A stretch of DNA of 64,000 nucleotides from Spirochaetota bacterium (GCA_050298055.1 JBNKTL010000003.1:77186-141185); one strand, 5' to 3'. Positions 10,474 to 20,636 are shown, numbered from the stretch's first letter. Made by a program: numbers and translations. The notes: generated by a model not told the origin, from the letters alone.

Positions 10474-11301
10474 CTACGCCAAACCTCTGTCAACCTTCCC
10501 AATCCTGAAAGCAAACTTCGCCGCTTTTCTCTTCAACCGAACCGAACCGAAGGAAAAAAGAGCAAACAGTGTGTAGAGGTTCCTGTATTCCTCGAAGATC
10601 CCCTCCGCAAGGGGCTCCGCGTTTGTACCGGTGGGAAGCCCGTAGCTCTCAGGCGAATCTTTCAGAAGATAGATCGACCTGAGCCCCCCGAACTCCTTTA
10701 TTCCATAGACAGACGCGCCGGGAAAATATTTTTTGAGCTTCTTCTGTCGTTTCTGCGCTTCCCTGAGGAGAAGCTGCCGGTGGCCGAAGGTCAGCGCTCC
10801 AGTGGGGCAGTTGGAGACACAGGCGGGGACCTCTCTCCCGGCAGCCGCGCAGGCATCGCACTTATAGGCTTTGTCTTTGATCAGTACTGTTCTGCCCAAC
10901 TTGTTCTTATGGTCCCGGGCGCTTATATGAGGGACATTGTATGCGCAGAACTCGGTGCAGAGCCCGCAGGCGATGCACTTCCTTTGGTTTATGACATTCC
11001 AGCCCTCTCTCTTTGAGATGGCGCCGGCCGGGCAGACCTTCATGCAGTTGGCGTCCCTGCAGTGGAAGCATTTCAGGTGGAGCATGTCCCACCGGGGCTT
11101 TCCCTTCTCCCTGTCCCTGACTTCGGAAAAAGAGACCCGGTTCCATGTTGCCGCGGAAAGAGTGAAGGGGGCCGTGAATTCGGGCCCCACGAAAAAAACG
11201 TTCTCTTCGGCGGGAAGTTCGTTCCACTCCTTGCACGCGGCGTGGCAGGTCCTGCATCCGCAGCACCGGGTTGTATCAAAGAGAAATGCCTTATCCGCCA
11301 T
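10474..11301 (-). CDS. 4Fe-4S ferredoxin-type electron-transfer (beta) subunit of the molybdopterin oxidoreductase (FdnH/HybA/DmsB-like).
   Basis: Four Cys clusters (CCGCRTCHAAC, CFHCRDANCMKVCP, CIACGLCTEFC, CDACAAAGREVPACVSNCPTG). Lies immediately downstream of the catalytic subunit. A short hydrophobic C-terminal segment may be a membrane anchor. Confidence 0.8.
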   Translation of the reverse strand: MADKAFLFDTTRCCGCRTCHAACKEWNELPAEENVFFVGPEFTAPFTLSAATWNRVSFSEVRDREKGKPRWDMLHLKCFHCRDANCMKVCPAGAISKREGWNVINQRKCIACGLCTEFCAYNVPHISARDHKNKLGRTVLIKDKAYKCDACAAAGREVPACVSNCPTGALTFGHRQLLLREAQKRQKKLKKYFPGASVYGIKEFGGLRSIYLLKDSPESYGLPTGTNAEPLAEGIFEEYRNLYTLFALFSFGSVRLKRKAAKFAFRIGKVDRGLA

Positions 11302-11312
11302 AAAAACTCCCT

Positions 11313-14267
11313 CTAGCTGATCTTCTTTATATCTGTCATGAAAAAACCGGTCTCAATGACCCCCGAACCGGGATCTGAAAACCCGGGGACCAGTGTATTC
11401 ACCGGGTTGACCTTGTCCCCGTTATGGGAAACCGTTACCAGGTGCCTCAATGTCCCGTTGATGATCCCGGGCATGAGCCTCCCGGTCACCATGGCCGGCA
11501 TGGTCATCTCCCCCCGGGCGGTCCTGACCTTTACCCTGTCACCGCTCCTGACCTCAAGTGCTTCCGCCAGCTCACGACTTATTTCACAGAATATTCCCGG
11601 AACAAGTTCTCTCCCCAGGGGCAGGCCGGAGAGTGAGTAAGCGCAGTAATCGCCGGTCCGCACAAGAGTGCCGAGATGGGGGAGGTCCCTTCTCACCGGT
11701 ACCCGGGCCCGGTTCACCCGGTTTTTCAGGAGAGGATTGGTCCCCGTGCCGTTCAGGGGATTTACCGAGAAAGACCCGGGAGATTCATAGTACTCGGGAA
11801 GGGGGCCGTCGCTCACCGATGCCGAGAATATTCTCGCCAGTCCCTCTTCAAATTTTATAAAGGGATATTTTGAACCGGGGCCCCAGCTGCCGTATGCCGC
11901 GTCGCCCTCCCAGCTGCTGCCGTTCCATTTTATCACCGCCTTCCCTTCTTTCACGGGCGTCCCCTTCCTGTCCACCCCGGCGGCATTATGGAGGACCCTC
12001 ATGTTCATGGGCCAGTACCATCCCCGGCCGCGGGGACCCGCCTTCTCATCCGCCCGGTCCGCGGTCCCGTTGCCCCTGACGCTTATGCAGCCGGTATAGA
12101 GCCAGTTTCCCCCGAGGGTCATTCCGTCATCCCTCATCTGCCGGTAACCTTCAAGCAGCATGTTGTTCCGCGCATCAACCCCGTTCATCTCTTTCAGCAC
12201 AGGGAGGGGATCGGCCTTCATATTGCTCCCGGTATAGTTCCAGCCGGCCCCGAAAACCGGCCCGGGAAACACGCCGGGATCCTTCCTGTAGAGCTTCCTG
12301 ATACCGGCAAAGAGCATATCCGTAAAATCCAGGACGCTCACCGTTTCAGGAGGAGCTTCCAGCGCGGCGGCGCACCACTGTATCCGCCTGTCACTGCCCG
12401 TGACACTTCCGCTCTTTTCGAAGGGGAGCGCCTGGGGGATAAGAAAGACCTCGGTGTTTATCTTTTCCGGGGGTATGCCGCTGTTTTTCCAGAAAGAGGA
12501 GGCGCCGGTCTCCGAATAATCGGAACAGACCAGCCATTTGAGGTTCTTCAAGGCCCCTGCTGAAACGCTTCTTCCCGGGAGCTCCTTCACCGGGTCGGTG
12601 TTGAGGAGGAGAGCCCCTTCCAGCTTCCCCTGTGAAGCGCGCCGGGTAAAATCTGAATAGCCGAAGGGTTCCGTTGACCGGGGAAGCCAGCCGTAGAGAA
12701 CTTCCGGGCTGTCCGTTGAGTCGCCCCCGTACCATGCTTTCAGGAGGTTTATCATGAACATGCCGGTGTTCCCCTTCCCCTTCTTTGATCCGTCGGTCCC
12801 CATAATGTTATAGCTCTGGGGATCATTGGTCCGGGGGGTCAGGTTCTCAACATATGAATTCAGGTCCGGGTGAAGTTCCGGATGGGGTGCCCTGAGATAT
12901 CCCGGCAGGGAGTTCCACCCGGTGCCGTTGTCCGCGGCGCCCTGGTCGTTCATGCCCCTGCCCAGCCGTATCAATCCTCCGCCGGAGACCCCAATATTGC
13001 CCAGGACCAGCTGAAGAATCGCGTATGCCCGGACATTCTGCCTTCCGGAAAGCTGATGGAGGGATGCGGATGAAAAAATAATCGATCCCGACTTCCGGGA
13101 CTTGCCGGTCTCACCGTAGGTCTCCGCTGTCCTCAGGAACTCCTCCACGCTACAGCCGGTGATATCGGACACCACCGCGGGGGTATAGCGGGACATATGC
13201 TTTTTCAAAAGCTGAAAAACTGTGCCCGGATCTCTCAGGCTCCTGTCCCGCTTGGGGATGCCCTTGGCGTCGATCTGGTATGTCCACGTTATGTTGTCAT
13301 AGCTGCCGGTTTTACCGTTGTATCCTGAGAAGATCCCGTCATGGAAGGAGTAGCCGGGATTAATGAGAAACGAGGCATTGGTGTAAGCGGAAAGATATTC
13401 CCTGTTATAGAGCCCGTTTTTCAGGACATAGTTAATGATACCGTTTATGAACGCGGTGTCCGTTCCCGGCCGCAGGGAGACCTGCATGTCCGATAGTGAA
13501 GAGGTCCGGGTATACCGGGGATCAACTGTGATGATCTTCCCTCCCCTGTCCCGTGCTTTCATCAGGTGTTTCAGCGCCAGGGGGTAGTTCTCCGCGGGGT
13601 TGCTTCCCATGACCAGGACAACGTCCGAATTTTCCATGTCAGACAAAGGGTTTGTTGAAGCCGCGAAGCCCAGGGTCCCGGAAAGAGCGGGGCCCGCGGA
13701 GCCGGAAGAGAGGCTCGATTCATGATCAATAAGGTTTGATCCCAGCACCCGGGAGAGTTTCCCCAGGAGGTAGAGTTCTTCATTGGTAAGCCAGTTTCCG
13801 GCAAGGAAGGCGATCCCGTCGGTCCTGTTACAGGTAACGCCGTTTACTGTTTTGATGAAAGTCCTCTCCCGTGTTTCTTTTATCCTCTCCGCTATCAGGG
13901 AGATCGCGTTTTCCAGGGGGATCTCTTCCCACCGGCCGCTTCCCGGTTTGCGGTACAGGACGTTCCTGAGCCTCCTGTTTTCCGGATCATCGGCAAACTG
14001 TTTTACCAGGACAGCCCGGTGACATATCATCCCTTCATTCACCGGGTGGCCGGGGTCGCCGGCGAGATCAATAAGCCTGTTTTTTCTTACATAGAGGTCT
14101 ATTCCGCATCCAAGGCCGCACCCCGGGCAGATTGATGAGACCTTCCGGGCGCCTTTCCGTTTTTCCGGGTCACCGGCGCACCCGGTGAGGAGTGAAATCC
14201 CCCCGGTGAGGGCTCCCGCCGCGGCCAGGCCGGTGCTCTGTAAAAATTCTCTACGGGTAACAGACAT
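11313..14267 (-). CDS. Molybdopterin (bis-MGD) oxidoreductase catalytic subunit with a TAT signal and a possible lipobox. Formate dehydrogenase-N-like or tetrathionate/polysulfide reductase-like; substrate unknown.
   Basis: 984-aa ORF. The twin-arginine signal is MSVTRREFLQSTGLAAAGALTGGISLLTGCAG, with LTGC as a candidate lipobox. The N-terminal 4Fe-4S motif is CPGCGLGCGIDLYV...C. There is no in-frame TGA, so it has Cys rather than selenocysteine. The sequence is high in GC. Confidence 0.85.
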   Translation of the reverse strand: MSVTRREFLQSTGLAAAGALTGGISLLTGCAGDPEKRKGARKVSSICPGCGLGCGIDLYVRKNRLIDLAGDPGHPVNEGMICHRAVLVKQFADDPENRRLRNVLYRKPGSGRWEEIPLENAISLIAERIKETRERTFIKTVNGVTCNRTDGIAFLAGNWLTNEELYLLGKLSRVLGSNLIDHESSLSSGSAGPALSGTLGFAASTNPLSDMENSDVVLVMGSNPAENYPLALKHLMKARDRGGKIITVDPRYTRTSSLSDMQVSLRPGTDTAFINGIINYVLKNGLYNREYLSAYTNASFLINPGYSFHDGIFSGYNGKTGSYDNITWTYQIDAKGIPKRDRSLRDPGTVFQLLKKHMSRYTPAVVSDITGCSVEEFLRTAETYGETGKSRKSGSIIFSSASLHQLSGRQNVRAYAILQLVLGNIGVSGGGLIRLGRGMNDQGAADNGTGWNSLPGYLRAPHPELHPDLNSYVENLTPRTNDPQSYNIMGTDGSKKGKGNTGMFMINLLKAWYGGDSTDSPEVLYGWLPRSTEPFGYSDFTRRASQGKLEGALLLNTDPVKELPGRSVSAGALKNLKWLVCSDYSETGASSFWKNSGIPPEKINTEVFLIPQALPFEKSGSVTGSDRRIQWCAAALEAPPETVSVLDFTDMLFAGIRKLYRKDPGVFPGPVFGAGWNYTGSNMKADPLPVLKEMNGVDARNNMLLEGYRQMRDDGMTLGGNWLYTGCISVRGNGTADRADEKAGPRGRGWYWPMNMRVLHNAAGVDRKGTPVKEGKAVIKWNGSSWEGDAAYGSWGPGSKYPFIKFEEGLARIFSASVSDGPLPEYYESPGSFSVNPLNGTGTNPLLKNRVNRARVPVRRDLPHLGTLVRTGDYCAYSLSGLPLGRELVPGIFCEISRELAEALEVRSGDRVKVRTARGEMTMPAMVTGRLMPGIINGTLRHLVTVSHNGDKVNPVNTLVPGFSDPGSGVIETGFFMTDIKKIS

Positions 14268-14291
14268 AAAAAATCTCCATGAAGAAAAATA

Positions 14292-15407
14292 TCATTCCGC
14301 CGGATCTTCCTCTCCGGCTTCGGCTTTCCCGGCCTTTTTCCACATATCGTATTCATCCAGCAGCTTGTATATGTTCCAGAAGGAGTAGAAAAGGGTAAGC
14401 AGCAGCGGACCCACAATAACACCCGGCAGGCCGAAGGCCTGTATACTTCCCAGCAGGAGGAAAAAGAATATCACCGGGTGAAAGTGGAGCTTTTCCCCGA
14501 AGAATTTCGGTTTGACAAAATTCTCCAGGAGCTGGTACCAGAGGAGACACCAGACCCCCAGAAAGACCGAACCGATATAATGACCGCTTACCGCCAGGTA
14601 GATCACCGCCGGGACCCATATGAACATTGTCCCGATGGCGGGGATTAGGGAGAGTATGGCGGCCATGCTCCCCCAGAGCTGCGCCATCCCGATACCCGCG
14701 ATAAAAAAACCGGCACCCAGGGCCGTCCCCTGCAAAACCATGATCAGAATGTTTCCCGCGAGGAGGACCTTTATCACTTCCTTGAGCCTGTCCACAACGT
14801 CCTTTTCCAGGTCATCGGGAAAGGGAAGGATTTTATAGATCCCCTGGTCCAGCCTGTGCCCGTCTTTGAGAAGGAAGAAGAGCATGAGGACCATAAAAAA
14901 AAGGTTTATGATGAAATTAATGGGAAAGGAGACGATCTTTGTGAGGCTCTGGAAAACGGAAATGGCCCCCTTTTCAAGAAACTGCGTCAGTTTCCTGACA
15001 ATATCATCACCCTGTATCCGGAAGTAATTCATGAACCTGTTTATGAAATCAATATCCTGGAGCTGGTTTAACAACCCGGACTGGACCTTCACCTGGATAA
15101 GATTGTAGAGCTGGTAAGCCTGGTCAGCCAGTATAAAGAAGAGGTAGAATACCGGGATAATAATCACTAAAAAGATGAAGATAATGACCAGTGTTGTGGT
15201 AATCCTTCTCTTCTTGAGCCTGGCCGCAAGCCTGTCATGAAAGGGTTTGATGGCAATATAGAGGATTATGGCAAAGAGAAAGGGCCAGAAGTAATACCTG
15301 AAAATATAGATGAGGGACACAATAATAATAAGGAAAAAACCCATGAAAAGGAGTTTTAATCTTCTGCTTTCCTGTATGCGTAAATAGGAGTCACTCGGGT
15401 TCATCAA
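14292..15407 (-). CDS. AI-2E family transporter (PerM/YhhT, UPF0118).
   Basis: 371-aa polytopic membrane protein with roughly 8 TM segments. Length and hydrophobicity profile match the AI-2E family. Confidence 0.75.
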   Translation of the reverse strand: MMNPSDSYLRIQESRRLKLLFMGFFLIIIVSLIYIFRYYFWPFLFAIILYIAIKPFHDRLAARLKKRRITTTLVIIFIFLVIIIPVFYLFFILADQAYQLYNLIQVKVQSGLLNQLQDIDFINRFMNYFRIQGDDIVRKLTQFLEKGAISVFQSLTKIVSFPINFIINLFFMVLMLFFLLKDGHRLDQGIYKILPFPDDLEKDVVDRLKEVIKVLLAGNILIMVLQGTALGAGFFIAGIGMAQLWGSMAAILSLIPAIGTMFIWVPAVIYLAVSGHYIGSVFLGVWCLLWYQLLENFVKPKFFGEKLHFHPVIFFFLLLGSIQAFGLPGVIVGPLLLTLFYSFWNIYKLLDEYDMWKKAGKAEAGEEDPAE

Positions 15408-15551
15408 AAGGTCCTTACTCGTTACCAGTTAAGTTTATTTTGTAAGGGAGATAATTGAATACCTCACCTCTGGAAAAAAGATTTAACGGACTTGCTATTA
15501 TGTCAACTTAAATTTACCGGAGGATTTTAAGCTACATGTTTTCTCTTACCG

Positions 15552-15780
15552 TCTTAGCGAGCGCAGCGTGGCTCATCTCGATACGATCCTGCTCACAAAG
15601 TAGCCAGGAAACGGTATATAGAGATGCAGGATCACTCGATGAGCATCTGTACTTCGACTACATGATTTGGTGCAAAATCATGCGGGCTCAGCACTAGTTG
15701 AGTTCCCCGAGTGATTTGCCGTTTTATGAATTCAGTGCTTTCTGTTTTTAAAATGCGGCAAATTGTATCGAGGGGAACAG
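15552..15780. repeat. Composite palindromic intergenic repeat, copy 1 (modules X, Z and Y).
   Basis: Module X (15552-15650) and module Y (15704-15780) recur at 21641-21846. Module Z (about 15651-15702, ggtgcaaaatcatgcgggctcagcac) recurs at about 32316-32347. Each module is internally palindromic; for example Y has the stem atttgccg...cggcaaat. Confidence 0.6.
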
Positions 15781-15821
15781 GCCAGCAAGTCCAGGAACAT
15801 TTACTGAGAACACAAAAAAAT

Positions 15822-15855
15822 CCGGCCCTTCTGGGGGAAAGGGCCGGATCGTGGA
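15822..15855 (-). terminator. Orphan rho-independent terminator read on the minus strand.
   Basis: The plus strand reads aaaaaaatccggcccttctgggggaaagggccggat, which has an 11-bp GC-rich stem. On the minus strand the hairpin is followed by TTTTTTT. Confidence 0.4.
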
Positions 15856-16202
15856 ACAATAACTTTTTCCGTTCTCATGGGCCGAACTATCAGCTCATGA
15901 TAAGCGATAATAACATGATAACTACTTTGTGAGATAGTGCGATAAATCGGTAGCAATTTTTGATATGGCATGATCAAGATATGATTCATCAGAAATTCTC
16001 TTTCTGTATTCACGTATCTTTTTCTGATCAGCTTTTTTGTTTCCCGGTCTTATCTCACGATCCTCCATTTTCATGAGATTATCCATATAAACCTCCAAGG
16101 TTAATCTGTTCCTCCATGAACAGAATCACTTAACCTGTTGAATATTTCGGTATATTGAAAAAATATATAAAGATATTAATTAAAGATATTGACTTTTTAT
16201 AA

Positions 16203-16362
16203 CTGTTCGGCTATATATAAAAGAGGAAGTAACGATTCAGCTATGTATAAAAATAATTATATTTAACAATAAAGATAACCGGTATGTCCGCGCTGCCCTG
16301 GGCAGAGACATATTGTTGATATTTTAGAAAACAGGTTGAGCATAGCCATACAGCTGAGTAGT
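16203..16362. repeat. MITE-like palindromic repeat element, copy D.
   Basis: The left arm is ctgttcggctatatataaaag / attcagctatgtataaaaataattat. The central GC hairpin is atgtccgcgctgccctgggcagagacat followed by attgttgat. The right arm is catagccatacagctgagtag. It lies just upstream of the GGDEF gene. Confidence 0.55.
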
Positions 16363-16418
16363 TTCAAAAGAGACAATTTGTCAAAAACAGAAGTGTTATA
16401 CATATTTTTATATTTCAG

Positions 16419-17186
16419 ATGAACGAAAAGAACCAGAACAAAGAGCTCAATGACTTTCAGCTCAGGAATGTGAAGATATTAACACACCTCCTGTCACACG
16501 ATGCCATTGATGATGAAATTGTGGAATATCTCCGCAGGGCGGAACTGGATTACTTCGCCCTTATTGACAAGTATGAAATCCTCGAGCACAAGATCAATGT
16601 TGATGATAAGACCAACCTTCTGAAATACAAAAATGATTACCTCACAAACATATTAAAGACCGCGTCAAGGATCTATTTTGGCGCGGAAAACGCGGCTTAC
16701 TCAATCTCCATGGTGAGGTTTGATATCGACGACTTCTCGGTATTTAATAATAAATACGGCCATGACCTGGGTGACAGGGTCTTAAAGAAAATTGCCGGTA
16801 TCATCAGGTCACATTCACGGCCCACCGATTACGCCATACGGTTCGGCGGAGAAGAATTCGACGTTCTTCTGCCGGCAACAGACCTTGAAGGGACCGGGAT
16901 ATTTCTGGAAAATATCTTCAGGGAGATACGGAAAGCTGAAATCGTTCATAAAAAAGAAAAACTCAGGGCCACCGTAAGTGCCGGAGCTTCTTCAATGGTC
17001 TACAGTTTCAGCAATAATAAAAAGATAGATGAAGATGAAATAGAGAACTACTTTATGCTTCTTCAGAATGAAGCGGATGACGCCCTCTACGACGCGAAAA
17101 ACTGCGGAAAGGACCGGTACTGCATTTATAACAGGTCGAGAAAAGAGGAATATTCAACAATCAGGGATTCCTACTGCGGCAAATAG
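16419..17186 (+). CDS. GGDEF-domain diguanylate cyclase.
   Basis: Has a GGEEF active-site motif (RFGGEEFDVLLP) in a GGDEF fold. The N-terminal region is helical. Confidence 0.8.
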   Translation: MNEKNQNKELNDFQLRNVKILTHLLSHDAIDDEIVEYLRRAELDYFALIDKYEILEHKINVDDKTNLLKYKNDYLTNILKTASRIYFGAENAAYSISMVRFDIDDFSVFNNKYGHDLGDRVLKKIAGIIRSHSRPTDYAIRFGGEEFDVLLPATDLEGTGIFLENIFREIRKAEIVHKKEKLRATVSAGASSMVYSFSNNKKIDEDEIENYFMLLQNEADDALYDAKNCGKDRYCIYNRSRKEEYSTIRDSYCGK

Positions 17187-17198
17187 GAAACACCGGGA

Positions 17199-18233
17199 TC
17201 AATTCTCCCTGTCCAGGAGTTCCCCAATACCCTTCCCGGCGGGATTCTCCACAACACCTTTTTCCGTAATGATAGCTGTAATAAATTCCGCCGGCGTTAC
17301 ATCGAACGCGGGATTTTTCACGGATATTCCTTCCGGCGCGATCTGCACCGATTGGATGTAAACAACTTCTTCGATACTTCTCTCCTCGATGGGGATTCCC
17401 TTCCCGGTTTCTGTTCCGGGATCAAGGGTTGATGTGGGAGCGGCAACATAAAAGGGGATTGAATGGTTTCCCGCGAGAACGGAGTGAGTATAGGTCCCGA
17501 TCTTGTTGGCGGTATCACCGTTAAGCGCGATCCTGTCTGCGCCCACAATGATCTTTTTTATCACACCCTCCTTCATGAAATAGCCTGACATATTGTCCGT
17601 TATAAGGGTCACGGGAATATTGTCCCTGGAGAGTTCCCACGCGGTGAGCCGGGCACCCTGCAGGTAGGGCCGCGTTTCACAGGCAAAAACTTCTATCTTC
17701 TTTCCTTCTTCAACGGCGGCCCTGATCACTCCCAGGGCGGTCCCGTAACCACCTGTTGCCAGCGCCCCGGCATTGCAGTGGGTCATGACAACATCCCCGT
17801 CTTCCAGGAACCGGCTCCCGTTTTGGCCCATCTTTTTGTTCATTTCAATATCTTCACGGTAGATATTCAATGCCTCGGCTTCCAGTTTCTCCGCCGCGGT
17901 CCCGGTATTATCCGACAGATCGATGATCTTCTTCATCCTTTCCGCGGCCCAGAAGAGGTTGACCGCCGTGGGACGTGTCCCTTTAAAGAGTTCAATAATC
18001 CGGGACATCTCCTCCTTAAAGCTCTCAAGGCTTTTGCTCTTGAGATTTTTCGCCGCCAGGGCGATCCCCATCCCCGCGGCAATCCCGATAGCGGGCGCCC
18101 CCCGTATCTCCATCTCCCGGATGGAAACCGCCACGTCACGGTAATTACCATAGTTGTTATAGACCTCGTGAAGAGGGAGTTTTCGCTGGTCCAGTATGGT
18201 TACATGGTCGCCGTTCCATTTGATTGAATTCAT
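17199..18233 (-). CDS. mtnA: Methylthioribose-1-phosphate isomerase (eIF-2B alpha/beta/delta family).
   Basis: 344 aa, matching MtnA/eIF-2B-like length, with motifs IRGAPAIGIAA, FYVAAPTSTLD and TAWEL. Confidence 0.75.
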   Translation of the reverse strand: MNSIKWNGDHVTILDQRKLPLHEVYNNYGNYRDVAVSIREMEIRGAPAIGIAAGMGIALAAKNLKSKSLESFKEEMSRIIELFKGTRPTAVNLFWAAERMKKIIDLSDNTGTAAEKLEAEALNIYREDIEMNKKMGQNGSRFLEDGDVVMTHCNAGALATGGYGTALGVIRAAVEEGKKIEVFACETRPYLQGARLTAWELSRDNIPVTLITDNMSGYFMKEGVIKKIIVGADRIALNGDTANKIGTYTHSVLAGNHSIPFYVAAPTSTLDPGTETGKGIPIEERSIEEVVYIQSVQIAPEGISVKNPAFDVTPAEFITAIITEKGVVENPAGKGIGELLDREN

Positions 18234-18242
18234 GAGTGCCCT

Positions 18243-19163
18243 TTATTCTCCTTCATTTCTGTCTACCCGGTATTTTCTCAAGCGGATGATATTGCCATCA
18301 TCATTCCAGTCCACTTCATCCATATGGATCCTGATAATTAAAAGTCCCCTGCCGCTGCTCTTGAAAAAGTTTTCGGGGTCCCGGGGGTCCGGAAGCCCCT
18401 TATGGTTGAACCCGGGACCGTCATCCTCAATAAAGTACTCAACATAGTCCCTGGTCAGTTCATATTTTATTGTGATTTTCCTTTTGACATAGTATTCGTC
18501 ATTTTTCCGCTTTTCGATCTCCTCGTTGAAACTCTTTATTCCCCCGTAGTTTTTTACATCGGACGAGATCTCAAGGGCGCCGTGAAACATGGCATTGCTG
18601 AGGGCCTCCACAAGAGCGAGGGTTATATTCTCCGCCGTTGTGGTATTGCAGAGACCCGACGGGACAAGGTTCTTTGTCAGCTTGTAGGATATTGCATTTA
18701 TAATAGCGGGATCAACGGGGACACGGTAAATTGTCTTTTCATAGTCAACATACTGAAGATAGTTGTCAACGAGCTTCTGTTCCTTCTTGCTGCGAAGGAT
18801 CGTTCTCACCGAAGAGGAAATTTCATTGATATCAAAAGGTTTCCTGATAAAGTCACTTGCCCCGAACCGGAGCGCCTTCACCGCATCTTCAACATTTCCG
18901 TGACCGGTGATAATAAGGACCGGGATCGGTTCATCCTGGCTTTTGATCCTCCTGAGAAGTTCGATACCATCCATCTTGCGGAGCTTGATATCGGTGATAA
19001 CAAGGTCAATTTTATGGTCGCCGCTTTTTATAAGATAGAGAACATCTTCGGCTTTTTCCAGGGATATGACGTTATACCCTATCCGGGTGAGCTTTTTCTG
19101 AAGAGCAAACCTGATAACATCTTCATCATCGACAATGAGGACCGTGGGCTGATTATCGTTCAT
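18243..19163 (-). CDS. Response regulator with an N-terminal receiver domain and a C-terminal GHKL (HATPase_c, RsbW/SpoIIAB-like) domain.
   Basis: Receiver domain: VLIVDDEDVIRFAL...DLVITDIKLRKMDGIELL...PVLIITGHG. C-terminal HATPase-like: EALSNAMFHGA...DDGPGF...GRGLLIIR. Confidence 0.7.
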   Translation of the reverse strand: MNDNQPTVLIVDDEDVIRFALQKKLTRIGYNVISLEKAEDVLYLIKSGDHKIDLVITDIKLRKMDGIELLRRIKSQDEPIPVLIITGHGNVEDAVKALRFGASDFIRKPFDINEISSSVRTILRSKKEQKLVDNYLQYVDYEKTIYRVPVDPAIINAISYKLTKNLVPSGLCNTTTAENITLALVEALSNAMFHGALEISSDVKNYGGIKSFNEEIEKRKNDEYYVKRKITIKYELTRDYVEYFIEDDGPGFNHKGLPDPRDPENFFKSSGRGLLIIRIHMDEVDWNDDGNIIRLRKYRVDRNEGE

Positions 19164-19168
19164 CCCTG

Positions 19169-20404
19169 TCAGCTCTCCTCCCTGTCCAGTATCATATGGC
19201 CCATCTTGTCCCTCTTTGTCTTGAGGTAATTAATATTTTCACTCAGCGCTTCAACTTCAATGGGGACCCTCTCAACCACTTCCAGACCGTACCCCTCAAG
19301 GCCTATTATCTTTTTGGGGTTATTCGTGAGAAGCTTTATTTTATGGAGTCCCAGGTCAACAAGCATCTGGGCGCCAATCCCGTAGTCCCTCAGGTCTTCG
19401 GGAAAACCGAGTTCAATATTTGCTTCAACGGTATCCAGGCCCTTGTCCTGCAGGTGATAGGCCATGATCTTGTTTCCCAGGCCGATACCTCTCCCCTCCT
19501 GCCGCATATAGAGAATGACACCCGAACCCTCTTTTTCTATCATACTCATTGCCTTGTGAAGCTGGTTCCCGCAGTCACACCTGCGGGACGCAAAAACATC
19601 ACCTGTCAGGCACTCTGAATGGACCCTTACCAGGACGTTCTCCATCCCGTCCACGTCCCCCTTTACCAGGGCCACATGGGTGGTGTCGCCAATCTCCGTT
19701 TCATAGGCAATGATTTTAAACTCTCCGAAGTCCGTGGGTAGCGATGCCGAGGAGACCCTTTTTACCAGCCTCTCCTTGTGCTGCCGGTATTTTATGAGGT
19801 CGGATATTGTGGCTATTTTGAGATCATGTTTTTTCGCGAATTTATCAAGATCACCTCTCCTGGCCATGCTCCCGTCATCGTTCATGATCTCGCAGATAAC
19901 TCCCGCGGGTTTTAAACCCGCAAGCCGCGCAAGGTCCACTGCCCCCTCGGAATGACCGGCCCGCACCAGGACGCCTCCCCTCCTGGCAGCCAGGGGGAAT
20001 ATATGCCCGGGCTTTTTGAAATCTTCGGCTGTTGTCTTTTCACTTATCATTGCCAGGACCGTATTGGAACGGTCACCGGCGGAAATCCCGGTGGTTGTTC
20101 CCTCTTTGGCGTCAATGGAGACCGTGAAGGCCGTTCCATACTTGTCATTACTGTCATCCACCATAAGTGAAAGCCCCAGCCGTGCGACAACATCCTGGGT
20201 AACGGGAACACAGACAAGCCCTCTTCCGAATGACACCATGAAATTAATCACTTCCGGCGTGCAGAACTCGGCGGCAATAACAAGATCGCCTTCATTTTCC
20301 CTCTCCTCGTTATCAACAAGGATAATCATTTTGCCGTTTCTGATATCTTCAATTATTTCATGTATGTCGCTGGATTTCATCACGGACCTCCCAATCAACC
20401 CCAT
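19169..20404 (-). CDS. ribBA: Bifunctional 3,4-dihydroxy-2-butanone-4-phosphate synthase and GTP cyclohydrolase II.
   Basis: 411 aa. The DHBP synthase N-terminal half has RENEGDL. The GCH-II half has CxxC...C zinc motifs ([15 protein letters not shown]) and RGIGL. Confidence 0.9.
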   Translation of the reverse strand: MGLIGRSVMKSSDIHEIIEDIRNGKMIILVDNEERENEGDLVIAAEFCTPEVINFMVSFGRGLVCVPVTQDVVARLGLSLMVDDSNDKYGTAFTVSIDAKEGTTTGISAGDRSNTVLAMISEKTTAEDFKKPGHIFPLAARRGGVLVRAGHSEGAVDLARLAGLKPAGVICEIMNDDGSMARRGDLDKFAKKHDLKIATISDLIKYRQHKERLVKRVSSASLPTDFGEFKIIAYETEIGDTTHVALVKGDVDGMENVLVRVHSECLTGDVFASRRCDCGNQLHKAMSMIEKEGSGVILYMRQEGRGIGLGNKIMAYHLQDKGLDTVEANIELGFPEDLRDYGIGAQMLVDLGLHKIKLLTNNPKKIIGLEGYGLEVVERVPIEVEALSENINYLKTKRDKMGHMILDREES

Positions 20405-20636
20405 TAAATTTTGCCCCCGGATATAGTCAAGATATTAATAGTGTGTAATTTCACGAAGAGTTGTTAGAGAAATTTTAAATACAATAGAACATAACTTTCA
20501 GAAGATTAGCAACGGAGGTTATGAATATAGTTTCGAGTTCCAGGTTCCAAGTTCTTTGTTCATATACAGAGTCTTCAACTCGAAACCCGGAACTATACAT
20601 GCCTCTGTGGTTAATCCTAAAATTGGATGAAAAGTA

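Noticed and set aside
10447-13073. Long antisense ORFs opposite the molybdoenzyme genes, for example 10447..11016 and 11988..12563.
   Set aside because: These are expected artefacts of high GC content, where stop codons are rare in any frame. The sense-strand genes have clear family motifs and the antisense ORFs have none.
11313-14267. Possible selenocysteine (in-frame TGA) in the molybdoenzyme catalytic subunit.
   Set aside because: The ORF is uninterrupted for 984 codons, so it uses a Cys ligand and needs no recoding.
15801-16013. Provided 70-aa minus-strand ORF in the repeat-filled intergenic region.
   Set aside because: It overlaps the terminator hairpin and the repeat modules, and it has no ribosome-binding site or motif support, so it is probably spurious. 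An alternative ATG with a good ribosome-binding site at 16086 yields only 24 codons.
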